Assembly (NCBI GenBank): GCA_016870575.1
Contig: VGBH01000004.1
Span: forward strand, 1-56,646
Reading direction: 5' to 3'
DNA length: 56,646 bases
Source: Actinomycetota bacterium
GTDB lineage: Bacteria; Actinomycetota; Actinomycetes; S36-B12; UBA5976
Shown here: positions 39,631 to 49,574 of the stretch, in pieces
Position numbering within the stretch: the first letter of the stretch is position 1
How the letters are laid out: every line of letters starts with the position of its first letter
Notes under the pieces: generated by a model
The model's input: only the letters and a program-made list of their open reading frames with translations
What the model was told of the DNA's origin: nothing
Database searches by the model: none
Translations under genes and position numbers: made by a program

Positions 39631-40287
39631 TTAAAGTAATGAATTAATTGCTGGCACAATCATTGGAACAACCCCCACCAGAATGAAACCAGGAAGCATT
39701 AATAACGCCACTGGTAGAGCTAATGTGACAGATAGTCGCTTTGCACGTCGCAAGAGTATTTGTTTTCGCTGAGATCGTGCTCGCATTGCTATTTCAGCTA
39801 ATGCCTTTCCTGCGCCAACGCCATGATCCATTGCTCGAGCGATTGCTGACCCAACAATGTTTAGATCGCTGGTAAACGCCTGGTCTATTTGGGCACCCCA
39901 TTGAATCCGATTTGCTGCTGCAATTAGTTCATTAGCCAACTTCGGCCGAACTACTCGACTCACCGCATCTAGCGCTGACAGAACACTCAATCCTGCCCCA
40001 AGCGCTGCCGCAATTAAATCAATAGCTAGATCCAATTCCTGCTCAAGTGCTCGCTGCTCTCGCTGTTGTGCTCTTGTTGGTAATTGTTTAAGAAGTTTAG
40101 GCAAAAGAAAATAAACAACCGCCGCAAAAGTAATTCCAAGAAAGGATGGAAAAACAATAAATATAACCAAAGCAATTAGCAAACTTATTCTTTTTGGTTG
40201 GAGCGGTTTTCTATGTCTAACCTGATTTGGTAAGGTATTTGGAAACATCAACCAGGTAGCAAATCCAACAAGTACTGCCGATATCAC
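39631..40287 (-). CDS. tadC: Tad pilus platform protein TadC (T2SS F domain)
   Basis: DLIAAALGAG, LALPVALLMLPGFILVGVVP; position in cluster. Confidence 0.82.
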   Translation of the reverse strand: MISAVLVGFATWLMFPNTLPNQVRHRKPLQPKRISLLIALVIFIVFPSFLGITFAAVVYFLLPKLLKQLPTRAQQREQRALEQELDLAIDLIAAALGAGLSVLSALDAVSRVVRPKLANELIAAANRIQWGAQIDQAFTSDLNIVGSAIARAMDHGVGAGKALAEIAMRARSQRKQILLRRAKRLSVTLALPVALLMLPGFILVGVVPMIVPAINSLL

Positions 40288-40898
40288 AATCGCAGTTCCT
40301 GCTCAATGGAATTTGTTAAGCGCAACATAAAGAATGTACCAAGAAAAAGCAGGCAAAAACCGAGCACAAAAACGGTAATACCAATCCAACTGGTAAACAA
40401 CCAATAAATTGCTGGAATTCCCAGACTTTGTGCCATTAACAAAGTTGCAACTGGTAGAAGGGCTAGGGTGACGGCCGCAGTTTTTGGACCTGCAAGCTGA
40501 CTTCTGATTTCATCTGCAATAGCAATTCGATCAAGTTGAGCATCAAGAGCTGGTTGCAATGCCGGAGCAAGTGGCGCACCATAATGTTGTGAAACTTGCC
40601 AACATGCTGCTAAAGCCTTTAATAGCAAACTATTTGATTTACTGGCATCAACGGCAATCGCACTTGCTAACTCCATTGGCTGATTCATTTTACTAATAGC
40701 TGTTGGAATAATTTCGATATTGCTATAACTTAATGCTTCAGCAGGAGTTGCGCCAGATCTCAGTGAATCAATTATTCCACGCATCCAATCAATCTCATCT
40801 AATTGAGTAGTAGGTTTTTTCTTTACTTGAAATGTTGGAATATGTGTTTGACCAAGAGACAAACAAATACATACGAAAACTAACAAAGTAGTTATCAT
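40284..40898 (-). CDS. tadB: Tad pilus platform protein TadB (T2SS F domain)
   Basis: LRSGATP, ACWQVSQHYGAPLA, QLAGPKTAAVTLALLP. Confidence 0.82.
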   Translation of the reverse strand: MITTLLVFVCICLSLGQTHIPTFQVKKKPTTQLDEIDWMRGIIDSLRSGATPAEALSYSNIEIIPTAISKMNQPMELASAIAVDASKSNSLLLKALAACWQVSQHYGAPLAPALQPALDAQLDRIAIADEIRSQLAGPKTAAVTLALLPVATLLMAQSLGIPAIYWLFTSWIGITVFVLGFCLLFLGTFFMLRLTNSIEQELRL

Positions 40899-41998
40899 CA
40901 AGCAACTCGCAGCTTACTTGGTTGATATTGATTAATGATTTCATATTTTCCTAAATCACGATTTGCCATTGCAATTGCACTAACAAAACGGTGTTGATCA
41001 ATTCTTTTTATCTCAACAATTTTGGCAATTCCTTGTAACAACCATTCTTTGGTTAGTTTTGGATCCGCACCAGCTAAAAAACCAAGTGCTTGAACTCTGT
41101 TGATTACTTCTTCTGGACTATTGGCATGCAATGTTGCAGCAGAGCCACTATGTCCAGTATTAATTGCGATCAATAGATCTAAAATTTCCACGCCTCGAAT
41201 TTCACCAATAATTATTCGGTCTGGTCGCATCCGTAACGTTTGTCTAACTAATTCTGGTAAGCCAATCGCCCCGACGCCTTCAGCGGATGAGGGCTTTGCT
41301 TCTAACTGAACTAAATGAGGATGATTTATCTGCAATTCACTATGTTCTTCAATCACAACTAATCTCTGATTTGAATCAACTATCGAAAGCAAACTGGCTA
41401 GCAACGAAGTTTTTCCTGCTCCGGTACCGCCAATTATCAGAAATGACTCTTGGCTTGAAACTATAGCCATTAGATCATCTGCTGCCTTCTGCGTTAAACA
41501 ATTGCGCTCCAATAGTTCTGACAATGTGAATGGGTTTCGACAGGGAACACGAATTGAAATCTGGGCACCACCAACTGCAATTGGTGGCAACAAGGCGTGT
41601 AGTCGATTACCGTCACTTAACTTGGCATCAACCCATGGGTGCGCATCATCAAGTCTGCGACCGGCTTGCATTGCAAGTCTTTGCGCATATTTGCGCACAC
41701 TTGTTGCATCAGTAAAAAATTTGCCAGCAAAAGTTAAGCCAGATGTCGAGTCAATGAATACTCGGCCATCACTGTGAATCAAGACATCTGTGATGTCTTT
41801 ACTTTTCATTATTTCTTCCAATGGACCATACCCAACCAAGAGAGATTTGATTTGCTTAGCAAGAAGTAGCAAATCATTTCCTGACTCCAATGCACCGCAA
41901 CTTCGCAGTGCTTGGCTAATTTCAACTTCAGTTAACTCACTGTTAGACAAAACTAATTGCGCCTTTACGCGCTCAAGCAACTGGGCATTAACTGTCAT
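40898..41998 (-). CDS. tadA: Tad pilus assembly ATPase TadA/CpaF
   Basis: GYGPLE, RRLDDAHPWVDA, GGTGAGKT, LRMRPDRIIIGEIRG, NTGHSG, TLHANS. Confidence 0.93.
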   Translation of the reverse strand: MTVNAQLLERVKAQLVLSNSELTEVEISQALRSCGALESGNDLLLLAKQIKSLLVGYGPLEEIMKSKDITDVLIHSDGRVFIDSTSGLTFAGKFFTDATSVRKYAQRLAMQAGRRLDDAHPWVDAKLSDGNRLHALLPPIAVGGAQISIRVPCRNPFTLSELLERNCLTQKAADDLMAIVSSQESFLIIGGTGAGKTSLLASLLSIVDSNQRLVVIEEHSELQINHPHLVQLEAKPSSAEGVGAIGLPELVRQTLRMRPDRIIIGEIRGVEILDLLIAINTGHSGSAATLHANSPEEVINRVQALGFLAGADPKLTKEWLLQGIAKIVEIKRIDQHRFVSAIAMANRDLGKYEIINQYQPSKLRVA

Positions 41999-42956
41999 TA
42001 CTCACCAACAATTCTCTTGCTATTCTTCGTAATTCTGACTTTTTACGCTCACCAGGAATAACTCCATCTGCGATATCTAATTGCAATCTAGTTTCAGATT
42101 GATAAGAACGTAATTTCATAGGTGCTAGATAATCACTTACATCTGACTTTGTAAGTCCGGTTTTTGGCATCAAGCGAAGAAGTAGACTTTCACTGACAAC
42201 GGATTGCTTAATCTTTGCTAATCCTAACAAATTTCCTGGTGCTACTAAGAATTGTTCAGATTGTCTTAATGAGACTGAATTATTCGGCCCTAGGTCAACA
42301 ATCACAAGTTGTGCCTGTTCTTGTAACAAGGTAATCACATTCTCAACAAATGATTGGTTTAAAAGGGTAGTTGATTTATCAAATGTAAGTAATCGCAATT
42401 TGTTAAGTTTTGGTAAACCAGAAAACAACGCAGAACCAGCTGGTAAACCTGTTAAGTTCATTAATTGTTGCCAACTAACAGAGTCTTTTGTACTAATTGT
42501 TGTGAGCATTGTTAGCGAACTTCTAGAATTGTCTAGATCTACAAGAACTACATCCTGATTGCATGACGCCAGAAAACCAACAGCGACAGCTAAACAAATA
42601 GAACCTGCACCTGCAGTAGCGGACTTGAATGTCATTACTTTAGATTTCGTGATTTGTTGATTTGTAAGCCAACTTTGGAACCAATTTATTGCATCTGGCA
42701 ATTCAATCAACTGTGCTGGTGAATAATTTGCTGCAAACTGCCAAGTTGACTCCGTTAGCTCTCTGCTAACTAGTATGTCTGGTCGAAGTTGTGGCTGGTC
42801 AATTAGTGCTTTCGGGTCTGCAATCAGATATTCCGATTCAGAGATAATTGGATAATCCTCAAGCAGCCTAATCTCAATGCTCACTTGAGCTGCCGCTTGC
42901 AGAGAAAGTGCGATTAATTCGGTATCTCTGCTTAGTAGTACGAACCCAGATTTCAT
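41988..42956 (-). CDS. ssd: Ssd / CpaE(TadZ)-like protein, degenerate MinD-type P-loop
   Basis: SATAGAGS degenerate Walker A, VLVDLD, LVIVDLG; first gene of the actinobacterial tad operon (Rv3660c position). Divergent sequence. Confidence 0.75.
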   Translation of the reverse strand: MKSGFVLLSRDTELIALSLQAAAQVSIEIRLLEDYPIISESEYLIADPKALIDQPQLRPDILVSRELTESTWQFAANYSPAQLIELPDAINWFQSWLTNQQITKSKVMTFKSATAGAGSICLAVAVGFLASCNQDVVLVDLDNSRSSLTMLTTISTKDSVSWQQLMNLTGLPAGSALFSGLPKLNKLRLLTFDKSTTLLNQSFVENVITLLQEQAQLVIVDLGPNNSVSLRQSEQFLVAPGNLLGLAKIKQSVVSESLLLRLMPKTGLTKSDVSDYLAPMKLRSYQSETRLQLDIADGVIPGERKKSELRRIARELLVSNDS

Positions 42957-43087
42957 AGCGTCAGCATCCAGTTAAGTCTTGGGCTTGCCAAGAGTAAATT
43001 TGGGTCTAGGGAAAACTTGCCAATGTCCACTTGCACCTTAGCAGTGGCATAAGCCACCATCTACCCACTGAAAAAAGGGGCGAGATT

Positions 43088-45040
43088 ATGAGCCAAGATG
43101 CAGTCGAGAATTTACTGCACGAGAATCGACATTTTTCACCTAGTAATGATTTTTCTACCCAAGCAAATGCTCAGTCTATTTTGTATGACTTAGCAAAAAC
43201 AGATCGAATCAAATTTTGGGAAAAACAGGCAAGAAGATTAACTTGGCACACAACTTGGCAACAAACCCTTGATTGGAGCAATGCTCCTTTTGCTAAATGG
43301 TTTGTGGGTGGAAAACTAAATGTCGCGTACAACTGTGTTGATCGACATGTTGAAGCTGGAAATGGAAATCGAATTGCAATCTACTGGGAAGGTGAACCTG
43401 GTGATACCAGGACTCTAACTTACGCGCAATTAAAAGATGAGGTATCTAAAGCCGCAAATGCCTTACTCAACCTTGGCATAAGTGCTGGTGATCGAGTTGC
43501 GATTTACCTGCCTATGATTCCGGAAGCTGCAATTGTAATGTTGGCATGTGCACGAATTGGAGCAGTTCATTCTGTTGTTTTTGGTGGTTTTTCTGCTGAA
43601 GCACTGCGTAGTCGCATTGAAGATGCATCTGCCAAACTTGTTATTACAGCTGACGGTGGCTTTCGTCGCGGTGCGGCAGCGGCGCTGAAGCCAGCGGTTG
43701 ACGAAGCTGTTGCCAGTTGTCCAACTATTGAAAAAGTATTAGTGATTAAACGAACTAATCAAGATGTAGCTTGGTTTGAAGAGCGTGATGTCTGGTGGCA
43801 TGAGATCGTCGAAAGTCAATCAATTGAACATCAACCTGTCGCATTTGATTCTGAGCATCCGCTCTTCATTCTCTATACCTCAGGCACAACTGGCAAACCA
43901 AAAGGAATTTTGCACACCAGTGGAGGATATTTAACTCAAGCAAGTTACACCCATTTTTATGTATTCGATCTTAAACCAGAAACTGATATTTATTGGTGTA
44001 CTGCTGATGTGGGCTGGGTTACAGGTCATTCATACATTGTTTATGGACCAATGAGTAATGGTGCAACACAGCTAATGTATGAAGGAACACCAGATACACC
44101 AACTAAATCAAGATGGTGGAAATTAATTGAGAAATATCGAGTAACACAGTTATACACCGCTCCTACAGCAATTCGAACATTTATGAAGTGGGGAGATCAG
44201 TTTCCAGCAGAAGCAGATTTATCTAGTTTGCGATTGCTAGGTTCAGTTGGTGAACCAATTAATCCAGAAGCATGGATGTGGTACCGAGAAACAATTGGCA
44301 ATAACAATTGTCCAATCGTTGATACTTGGTGGCAAACAGAAACTGGCGCAATAATGATTAGCCCACTTCCTGGTATCACTTCAACTAAACCAGGCTCAGC
44401 AATGATTCCACTACCTGGAATTAATGCAAAAATAGTTGATGATGCAGGCAATGAAGTTAGTTTAGGTCATGGTGGATATTTAGTACTAACTGATCCATGG
44501 CCAAGTATGTTGCGTGGAATCTGGGGTGATAATCAGCGATATCAGGAAACTTATTGGAGTCGCTTTACTAATCGTTACTTTGCTGGTGATGGTGCAAAAT
44601 GGGATGAAGAAGGTGCTATCTGGTTACTTGGTCGAGTAGATGACGTAATGAATGTATCCGGGCATCGAATTTCAACTACTGAAGTTGAATCGGCATTGGT
44701 TTCTCACCCAGCAGTAGCTGAAGCAGCAGTTGTTGGTGCAGCTGATGAAGTAACTGGTCAGGGAATTGTGGCTTTTGTAATCTTGCGAGCAGGACATGAA
44801 CACGATGATGTGATTACCGAACTTAGAAATCACGTTGCTAAAGAAATTGGACCAATTGCCAAGCCAAGACAGATTTTGATTGTGCCTGAACTTCCAAAAA
44901 CCCGCTCAGGTAAAATTATGCGGCGTTTACTGCGCGATGTTGCGGAAAATCGAGAGTTGGGCGATGTGACCACGTTAGCTGATTCGGCAGTAATGAATTT
45001 AATTAGTGAGGGGTTGGCTACTGGTGGCACAGAAGATTAA
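43088..45040 (+). CDS. acs: Acetyl-CoA synthetase
   Basis: YTSGTTGKPKG, DTWWQTETG, GRVDDVMNVSGHR, LPKTRSGKIMRR. Confidence 0.98.
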   Translation: MSQDAVENLLHENRHFSPSNDFSTQANAQSILYDLAKTDRIKFWEKQARRLTWHTTWQQTLDWSNAPFAKWFVGGKLNVAYNCVDRHVEAGNGNRIAIYWEGEPGDTRTLTYAQLKDEVSKAANALLNLGISAGDRVAIYLPMIPEAAIVMLACARIGAVHSVVFGGFSAEALRSRIEDASAKLVITADGGFRRGAAAALKPAVDEAVASCPTIEKVLVIKRTNQDVAWFEERDVWWHEIVESQSIEHQPVAFDSEHPLFILYTSGTTGKPKGILHTSGGYLTQASYTHFYVFDLKPETDIYWCTADVGWVTGHSYIVYGPMSNGATQLMYEGTPDTPTKSRWWKLIEKYRVTQLYTAPTAIRTFMKWGDQFPAEADLSSLRLLGSVGEPINPEAWMWYRETIGNNNCPIVDTWWQTETGAIMISPLPGITSTKPGSAMIPLPGINAKIVDDAGNEVSLGHGGYLVLTDPWPSMLRGIWGDNQRYQETYWSRFTNRYFAGDGAKWDEEGAIWLLGRVDDVMNVSGHRISTTEVESALVSHPAVAEAAVVGAADEVTGQGIVAFVILRAGHEHDDVITELRNHVAKEIGPIAKPRQILIVPELPKTRSGKIMRRLLRDVAENRELGDVTTLADSAVMNLISEGLATGGTED

Positions 45041-45086
45041 ACGCGCCATCCTGCTACTACGATTAGCCAAGATTCTGAGGAGAGTA

Positions 45087-45473
45087 ATGGAGCACCAACA
45101 ATCCGGTAAACCAGTTAGAAAGAAATTGGTTGAAGCCGTTGATTCAGTTGAAGAAGTGGCGTTAATGCAACTTCGACTGTTAGGAGCGGAACTTAGAGCA
45201 TCAAGCAAAAGTGCATTATTTTCTGTTGTTTTCATTATTGTTGGATCTGCTGGATTAATTTTTGTTTTAGTTTTTGCTGCAATTACGGCAGCCCTTGCAA
45301 TTCATGAGCTTGGTTTACCAATTTGGCTGGCATTTCTAATTATGACTGGAGTCTTGTTACTAATTGCAATTTTATTGTTGATACTAGGAGTAAAGGCTTT
45401 CAGTAAGATTAAGGCACCAACTAGGGCTCTTAAATCTTGGCAAGAGACTAAAGACATTATCGCCGGCAAATAA
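45087..45473 (+). CDS. Actinobacterial holin-X family membrane protein (chromosomal, not prophage)
   Basis: Two TM helices, C-terminal APTRALKSWQET; GAGGAG RBS; conserved position between acs and the hydrolase. Confidence 0.75.
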   Translation: MEHQQSGKPVRKKLVEAVDSVEEVALMQLRLLGAELRASSKSALFSVVFIIVGSAGLIFVLVFAAITAALAIHELGLPIWLAFLIMTGVLLLIAILLLILGVKAFSKIKAPTRALKSWQETKDIIAGK

Positions 45474-45475
45474 TT

Positions 45476-46396
45476 ATGCAGGCCGCCGAAAAGGTCATCT
45501 ATCAAGATGGTCCGTGGCAACATCAAAAAATAGTTGCATCAGCAAATGCTTTTCATATTGTCACCACTGGTGAGCGCACTGCACCATTGATTTTGCTTTT
45601 GCATGGTTTTGGTCAATTTTGGTACACCTGGCGAGATTATTTAAAGCCACTGGCAGATTTAGGTTATCGAGTAGTTGCAGTTGATTTACGTGGATATGGT
45701 GATAGCGATAAACCACCTCGCGGTTATGATCCAAGAACAATTTCGCACGACATTGCTGCAATTATTCGATCCCTTGGTGCAGAATCTGCAATAGTTATTG
45801 GTCATGATTGGGGCGGATTTGCTACTTGGGCTGCAGCTAAACATCATCCTGATTTGATTACTGCTATCGCTGTTATAAATGCACCCCATCCAGATGTAAT
45901 TATTGATAACTTTCTAAAAGATTCAAAGACGAGAAGTTATTTTTGGTTACTAACCCGTATGCAGATAAAAACAATTGCATATAGAAAACTAACTAATAAC
46001 GAAGCCCAGTTACTAGAAGAGTGGCTGCGCAAATGGAACAACAATCAATGGCCAGAGCCTGCGCTTGCCAGGCGTTACCGCCTGGCTTTCCTAAACCGAG
46101 TAACTCCACATAGTGCTATTGAATATTATCGCTGGGCGGCGCGAAGTTTGCTCAGAATTGAAGGAAGAAAATTCTATAAACGAATGCGAAAGCCCATTAA
46201 TCAAGATGTGCTAGCAATTAGCAGTTTAGATAACCCATTGATTGAAGCCGATCTGGTTCAGTTATCAAAAAAGTATGCGAAATCAACTTTGGTTTTTAAA
46301 CAATTCCCAACTGGTGGACACCACATTCATGAAAGATTTCCAGATCAAGTTCTCCCAGTAATAACTAATTGGTTATTGCAAATCAGGAATCGCTGA
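45476..46396 (+). CDS. Alpha/beta hydrolase, epoxide-hydrolase-like (EphE position)
   Basis: LLHGFGQFWYTW, DLRGYGDSDKP, GHDWGG, GHHIHE. Confidence 0.9.
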   Translation: MQAAEKVIYQDGPWQHQKIVASANAFHIVTTGERTAPLILLLHGFGQFWYTWRDYLKPLADLGYRVVAVDLRGYGDSDKPPRGYDPRTISHDIAAIIRSLGAESAIVIGHDWGGFATWAAAKHHPDLITAIAVINAPHPDVIIDNFLKDSKTRSYFWLLTRMQIKTIAYRKLTNNEAQLLEEWLRKWNNNQWPEPALARRYRLAFLNRVTPHSAIEYYRWAARSLLRIEGRKFYKRMRKPINQDVLAISSLDNPLIEADLVQLSKKYAKSTLVFKQFPTGGHHIHERFPDQVLPVITNWLLQIRNR

Positions 46397-46912
46397 TTTT
46401 AATTCCAACCACGGCGCTAACTTAATTCCTAACTCACCAGCAATTTGTCGAGCGATGTTTGTGATGAATTCAGGAGCCAAGCTATTTGTTGTCTCAAGCA
46501 AAATAGAATCATTTAGTGCCTGGGTATAAGGCATGTCTGGCACTGTTAGCAATGCTGCTGCTGCAAAATAACAAATTACTACTGCAGAGACGAACATTAA
46601 AATCAGTCCAGCCAATTTGTCTAGAATCCTAAGCGGACCAAGCGGTGCAAGGACAGGTCGAACAATTCGACCAGCAAGTCCAGCAATAATTTTACCAATT
46701 GAAGCACCAGCAATAACTGCGGAAATTGTGACAATTGAATCAACGCCGCCTGCAAAACTATCTGGCAGCAGCCGAGGCAGATAGAGGGCAGCAACTAGTG
46801 CGCCTAAAATTAATCCGGCAAAAGTAAAAGCCGATCGAATAATCCCACTTTGCCAACCAGAAAAGCTAGCTAGTCCAATAGCAATTAGAATCACAATATC
46901 CGCATTGCTCAT
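46373..46912 (-). CDS. CvpA-family membrane protein at the marP locus, lacking the serine-protease domain
   Basis: DIVIL...SGWQSG...LDKLAG...DSILL CvpA pattern with four TM; no trypsin His/Asp/GNSGG motifs; 179 aa. Confidence 0.8.
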   Translation of the reverse strand: MSNADIVILIAIGLASFSGWQSGIIRSAFTFAGLILGALVAALYLPRLLPDSFAGGVDSIVTISAVIAGASIGKIIAGLAGRIVRPVLAPLGPLRILDKLAGLILMFVSAVVICYFAAAALLTVPDMPYTQALNDSILLETTNSLAPEFITNIARQIAGELGIKLAPWLELKSAIPDLQ

Positions 46913-47526
46913 CAATCTATCTCAATTTCTGCTCCACCAACAAACTCTGATATTAAACCAGCAGAACCTAATAATTGGGCTAGTAACGTGCCAGTAAATC
47001 CCCAAATTATTTTTTCATCAATTAGAAATCCGGGACCTTTGTAGTTTTGCTTTACTGCCCATACTTGATTTTTTGGCTGTTGAAACATTTCTATCGGTAC
47101 GGTGAACACCTCTTCCACTTCTGCAGGTTGCAAAACAGATAGCGAGTGTGGCTGATACCAATAACTTATAACTGGAGTCACGGCAAAGCCAGTTACTTCA
47201 ATCGAGATCTGAGGTAATTTGCCGATTGGCAACACCGTACTCGGATTCAAGCCAATTTCTTCTTGCGCTTCCCGCAGCGCGGTAGTAATGGCATCCTTAT
47301 CTGATTGCTCAATAACTCCACCCGGAAAAGCAATTTGGTTAGGATGATGCGTAAGTCCTGCAGCACGCTTAATAAAAGTTAGATGTGGCTGATTATCGTG
47401 GTCACTAAAGAGCAATAATACTGCGCTTTGTCTTGCCTTAGATAAGTCTTTTGGAGCTAACCAAGAAAACTCCATTGGTTTATCAAGCACATCAACTATT
47501 GAACTAAACCAATACGGCAAACTCAT
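46912..47526 (-). CDS. Nudix hydrolase, CoA pyrophosphatase family
   Basis: SAVLLLF, HPNQIAFPGG, ALREAQEEIGL, IWGFTG. Start set at ATG 47526 overlapping the nth stop. Confidence 0.92.
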   Translation of the reverse strand: MSLPYWFSSIVDVLDKPMEFSWLAPKDLSKARQSAVLLLFSDHDNQPHLTFIKRAAGLTHHPNQIAFPGGVIEQSDKDAITTALREAQEEIGLNPSTVLPIGKLPQISIEVTGFAVTPVISYWYQPHSLSVLQPAEVEEVFTVPIEMFQQPKNQVWAVKQNYKGPGFLIDEKIIWGFTGTLLAQLLGSAGLISEFVGGAEIEID

Positions 47527-48221
47527 AACTTCACCAATTTTTTCGCTGTTTCTAAATCGGTAGGTCCAGTTCCAAAAGCTGGACATAACTTAGCAATTGG
47601 ACAAGCACCACATGCTGGCTTTCGAGCATGACAGCGCCGTCGACCGTGCCAAATTAGTATTTGAGATAAGTCAGTCCAATCTTTAGGGTTAAACAGTTCA
47701 GCAATTGCAAACTCCACTTTTACTGGGTCCGTTTCCTTGGTCCAACCAAAACGTCTAACTAACCTGCCAAAATGGGTATCGACTGTTAATCCCGGAAGAT
47801 CAAATGCTTCTCCCCGAACAACATTTGCCGTCTTGCGGCCAACTCCCGGAAGTTTAATTAACTCTTCAAGTTCCTGTGGCACAACAGAGTTGTAGTCCGT
47901 GACAAGTTTATTTGCCAAACCTAATAGTGAATTTGATTTTGCTTTATAAAAACCGGTGGACTTGATAATTTCTTCTAACTCAGAGCGGTTGGCTGCAGCT
48001 AAATCTTTTGGTTTTGGATATCGCATAAACAAAACTTTGGTCACTTCATTAACTCTTGCATCAGTGCATTGCGCTGAAAGTACAGTTGCTACTAATAGTT
48101 GAAAGGGATTGTTAAAGTTAAGTTCACAATCTGCATCTGGATAAGTAGCTCTGAGCAGTCTTAGAATCTGCGCTGGTTGCTTAGGGTCGACTTTCCCCTG
48201 ATTACTTGGTTTTCGGGCCAC
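47523..48221 (-). CDS. nth: Endonuclease III
   Basis: LSAQCTD, HhH LPGVGRKTANV, VDTH, 4Fe-4S motif CHARKPACGACPIAKLC. Confidence 0.97.
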   Translation of the reverse strand: MARKPSNQGKVDPKQPAQILRLLRATYPDADCELNFNNPFQLLVATVLSAQCTDARVNEVTKVLFMRYPKPKDLAAANRSELEEIIKSTGFYKAKSNSLLGLANKLVTDYNSVVPQELEELIKLPGVGRKTANVVRGEAFDLPGLTVDTHFGRLVRRFGWTKETDPVKVEFAIAELFNPKDWTDLSQILIWHGRRRCHARKPACGACPIAKLCPAFGTGPTDLETAKKLVKL

Positions 48222-48265
48222 GCTCTCAGGGTAGAGGCAGATTCAAAAATGGGATAGGAGAAAAT

Positions 48266-48946
48266 ATGAGTATGGATAAAGCATTGCGTAGGGCACTGTT
48301 GTTTTCAGCGCTAGATGAAGAAGCAGCACAAGCACTGAGGTCTTCTATGACTGAACATAAAGCTGCCAAGGGTGCGGTAATTTTTGCAGAAGGCGATCCT
48401 GGCGATCGGTTATATGTCGTCATGCAGGGCAAAGTAAAACTTGGTTCCCAATCTGCTGACGGCCGAGAAAATATGTTCGCAGTACTTGGTCCTGGTGAGA
48501 TGTTTGGTGAACTTTCACTATTTGATCCCAGTCCAAGAGCAGCAACAGCAGTTGCACTCACAGATGTCACACTGCTTGGGCTTGCAAATGATGCATTGCA
48601 GCCTTGGCTTACTGGTCGACCAGAAGTTGCAATTGGATTGTTAAAGGCTTTATCTCGTCGGATGCGCAAGACCCATGACTCCCTTAGTGATCTTGTCTTT
48701 ACTGATGTGCCAGGTCGAGTTGCAAAAGCGCTAATTGAACTTGCTAAGAAGTTTGGCGAGCACGAAGGCAATGGCATACGAGTTAATCACGATTTAACCC
48801 AGGAAGAATTAGCGCAACTTGTTGGGGCATCTAGGGAAACGGTTAATAAAGCATTAGCTGATTTTGCCCAACGAGGGTGGATTGTGTTAGAGCAAAAGTC
48901 AGTCTTGATTATGGAAATTGACAGATTACAGCGCCGAGCACATTAG
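48266..48946 (+). CDS. crp: Crp/Fnr-family regulator (Crp/GlxR)
   Basis: cNMP domain FGELSLFDPSPRAATA, HTH TQEELAQLVGASRETVNKAL; AGGAG RBS before ATG 48266. Confidence 0.95.
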   Translation: MSMDKALRRALLFSALDEEAAQALRSSMTEHKAAKGAVIFAEGDPGDRLYVVMQGKVKLGSQSADGRENMFAVLGPGEMFGELSLFDPSPRAATAVALTDVTLLGLANDALQPWLTGRPEVAIGLLKALSRRMRKTHDSLSDLVFTDVPGRVAKALIELAKKFGEHEGNGIRVNHDLTQEELAQLVGASRETVNKALADFAQRGWIVLEQKSVLIMEIDRLQRRAH

Positions 48947-49404
48947 TCCGAGATTCGAACTACTAACTCCACTTCAACTGGCGCACTAAATGGCAAACTT
49001 GCAACACTTATTGATGTTCTAGCATGTTTGCCAGAATCACCAAAAATTTCTAAAAGTAAATCACTAGCACCATTCATAATTGCACTTTGCTGAGTAAAGT
49101 CTGGACCACTTGAAATGTATCCAGTTACTTTAACGATCTGATCTATTTTATTTAAATCAACGACGCTGTTTATTGCAGCTAGCGCATTTAATGCGCACTG
49201 TCGCGCACAAACTGCTGCTTCTTCGATTGTAACGCTAACACCAACATGACCTACCGACATTAACTCACCATTTCGCATTGGTAATTGACCTGAGGTAAAA
49301 ATCTGTCGACCAGCTTTAACTGCTGGCACATAAGCTGCAACTGGTTTTGCAACTTCAGGTAATTCAATTCCTAATTCAGCTAATCGCTTATGCCATTTAG
49401 TCAT
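48943..49404 (-). CDS. RidA/YjgF-family protein
   Basis: PVAAYVPA, TSGQLP, NGASDLL, GKHART, PVEVEL. Confidence 0.92.
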   Translation of the reverse strand: MTKWHKRLAELGIELPEVAKPVAAYVPAVKAGRQIFTSGQLPMRNGELMSVGHVGVSVTIEEAAVCARQCALNALAAINSVVDLNKIDQIVKVTGYISSGPDFTQQSAIMNGASDLLLEIFGDSGKHARTSISVASLPFSAPVEVELVVRISD

Positions 49405-49555
49405 TTTTTTCTCGCTTCAAATATGCAACTACATTTTCTGGATTCATTCCAGGAACAACTTGTACTAACTCCCAACCATCATCGCCCCAAGTGTCCAAAA
49501 TTTGTTTTGTAGCGTGCACTAACAGCGGCACGGTGGCGTATTCATATTTCTTCAT
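49397..49555 (-). CDS. DUF4177-family small protein (52 aa)
   Basis: Translated by hand: MKKYEYATVPLLVHATKQILDTWGDDGWELVQVVPGMNPENVVAYLKREKND. Usual neighbour of RidA; TAGATT box 6 nt before ATG. Below the ORF-track length cut-off. Confidence 0.9.
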   Translation of the reverse strand: MKKYEYATVPLLVHATKQILDTWGDDGWELVQVVPGMNPENVVAYLKREKND

Positions 49556-49574
49556 CTGCTAAATCTAATCGGTG

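Noticed and set aside
39624-39632. DnaA-box-like TGTGGATTA upstream of the pilin gene
   Set aside because: Single 8/9 match overlapping the tadC stop; no cluster of boxes.
45087-45473. Prophage suggested by the holin-family gene
   Set aside because: This family is a conserved chromosomal neighbour of acs in actinobacteria; no phage genes nearby.
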